64,000 nucleotides of DNA, from assembly GCA_002633005.1 (NCBI GenBank), contig NMRA01000064.1, positions 1 through 64,000 on the forward strand. The letters are read 5' to 3'. Under the pieces are notes generated by a model. That model had not been told where the DNA came from. It searched no databases and saw only the letters and a program-made list of their open reading frames with translations. The stretch is from Phoronis australis. Its lineage: Eukaryota > Animalia > Phoronida. The position numbers and the translations under genes were made by a program. Positions 62,228-64,000 of the stretch are shown here, piece by piece (positions within the stretch are counted from its first letter, which is position 1; the number at the start of each line of letters is the position of its first letter).

Positions 62228-64000
62228 TTAAAGTGACAGCTAAATGCCAGGTGAAATGCACCTTTCATTTCATCACACCCTTCACAGTGAAAGGAAAGTA
62301 AACGTTGATTCCTATCCAACATACATGTTTGAATTTTAATGTGTTAAAGAGACTGGTCGCAGTAGCTAACCTTACTCATGAGTTGATAACTTACCTGTAG
62401 ATCGAGTGCGGCAGGTCCCTTCCTGTTTGACTGAACTAGGAGTAATCCTCTTACTAATGATGTTGCACTATGCACTACTTAGAACTGGTATGGGTGGTAA
62501 GATGAACTCTTTGTGGTTGTGGGCACGGCTGATACCAGTTTATGAGCAGGTCAACTTGTAGGCAGGGAAGAAATACAAAAGGCTTATACAAGCGTGTTTT
62601 TAAGTCACGATATTGTAAATAGCATTAATGCAGGACAAAATTAATTGCCATATTTTTTCCTTTTTTAATGTTTTTATATTAGGACACCCCCATAAATCAC
62701 GTAGGTGTTATATCCAGGTTCTAGTTCACTCTCATGCATGCGTTCTTTAGTAACACTGAGCAATGCTAGATTGTCTGCCAGCAATGCCAGGATTCAAATT
62801 CAGCTCTCCCAAATAGTACTCTGGAACTCAAACCATTGAGCCAAACTGTTGCCTAGCTTTATTTTGAATGCTAGTGATTTTTCAAAAACGTTGGCTGTAT
62901 CTGATGTTGTGTTTGCTATAGACCTTGACAATGAAAATGCAGTACTTTGGTGTCATAACGCTTAATCGTCGTGAGAGACCGTCCCGAGTTAGTATGTGGT
63001 GCAACTCGGGACAGTCTGGGGTCTACAGAAAACCATAGTTCAACTGTGAGTCTTCACCAATGTGATAAACGAGAGTAGTTCTACTTGCTGCGTCAGCTGC
63101 TGGTACGCTTATCTCTTTTATGATACACAATGTGCGACTGGGCAAAGAGTTTTCAAAATAATGTGGATAAATCAGTGGAGTGTGATACCCCTGAGGTCCC
63201 TGTCAAGTCCTCACGGCAATTTTACGTTATGGTCACTTATCGTTTAGGAAAAATAGAAAAAATAAGATTTCAGTTGTCTGCCATATTGTGACCTAAATTA
63301 GCATGTTGTTAGTTTATCGTCTTTTGTAATGGTTAAATAAGGTGGTGACATCCTGATAAATGTACCATGAATATGTAATGCATGAAGCTATCATTACTTT
63401 GCCCATTTGCTTAGGGTTCCGTAGGACCTTGTTGACTCAACTTGCTGGTGTATTTGTTAAATATTTATAAAACTATTGTTTTAAAAGTATGTATTTTCTG
63501 AACTTAGAAAGTCTAAAATTTGATTCTTGCTGTTAGCTGCCATTATTTGGACCATGTGATCATGTGTTTTTAGTACACTTGGTGAAAAATGTATGAGTTT
63601 CCAGAGTAAAACACCAGTATCACTAACATGACCCAATGTTTTTGATGTAAATGTTCAAGATGAAATTTCAAGAACACTGTTACAGTATTCTAAATTATTT
63701 GTTTTTACGCGTTTATTGCCCAGACATTATAGAAAGGCTAGTCTGAGTTAGATGCCTCAGATCTAGTCTTTATAAGACATTAAACAATAATTATATATTA
63801 CGTAAGTCAACATATAACGATCTATAAATGTCCACATTTGTGTCCAAGGTATCTAAATAGTCGTTTTGTTTTTGTTTTATGCAATTAGGCGTTTCTTTCT
63901 TAACATTATAAAAGTCTCGTTTTTGATGGCCCCTCCTGCAAAAGTGGAATCATTTCAAAACAATTGAAGAAGAACGCACGAAGCAGTTTCATATGAATCA

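Overview
AT-rich, intron- and repeat-rich eukaryotic DNA, probably from a marine invertebrate; the taxon cannot be determined from sequence alone. All exon models were read by eye from splice sites and phases. Left to right: (1) two coding exons of an SCO1/SCO2-like copper chaperone (- strand, runs off the left edge); (2) an intact tRNA-Leu(AAG); (3) a two-coding-exon rhodanese + dual-specificity phosphatase closely resembling MK-STYX/STYXL1, but with an intact HCxxGxxR active site and an N-terminal MGxxxSK myristoylation motif; (4) a TTAA-flanked Kolobok-type DNA transposon carrying a P2RX7-ballast-like Cys-rich ORF and a decayed THAP domain; (5) the first seven exons of DDX54 (+ strand), with no further DDX54 exon found in the remaining ~41 kb. 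In that apparent giant intron, on the opposite strand, lie two divergent tandem paralogues with a ZU5-[HF|T]-linker-UPA-like-death-domain cassette. Gene A (~765 aa) is a single-pass membrane protein with one tiny Cys-rich ectodomain and a long disordered juxtamembrane region holding a DSGYNS degron-like motif. Gene B (~576 aa) appears soluble, with a disordered N-terminus (a CARD8-like layout ending in a death domain). This receptor/soluble pair is the most interesting system in the window. The rest is MITEs, nested transposons, SINE-like elements and tandem repeats.
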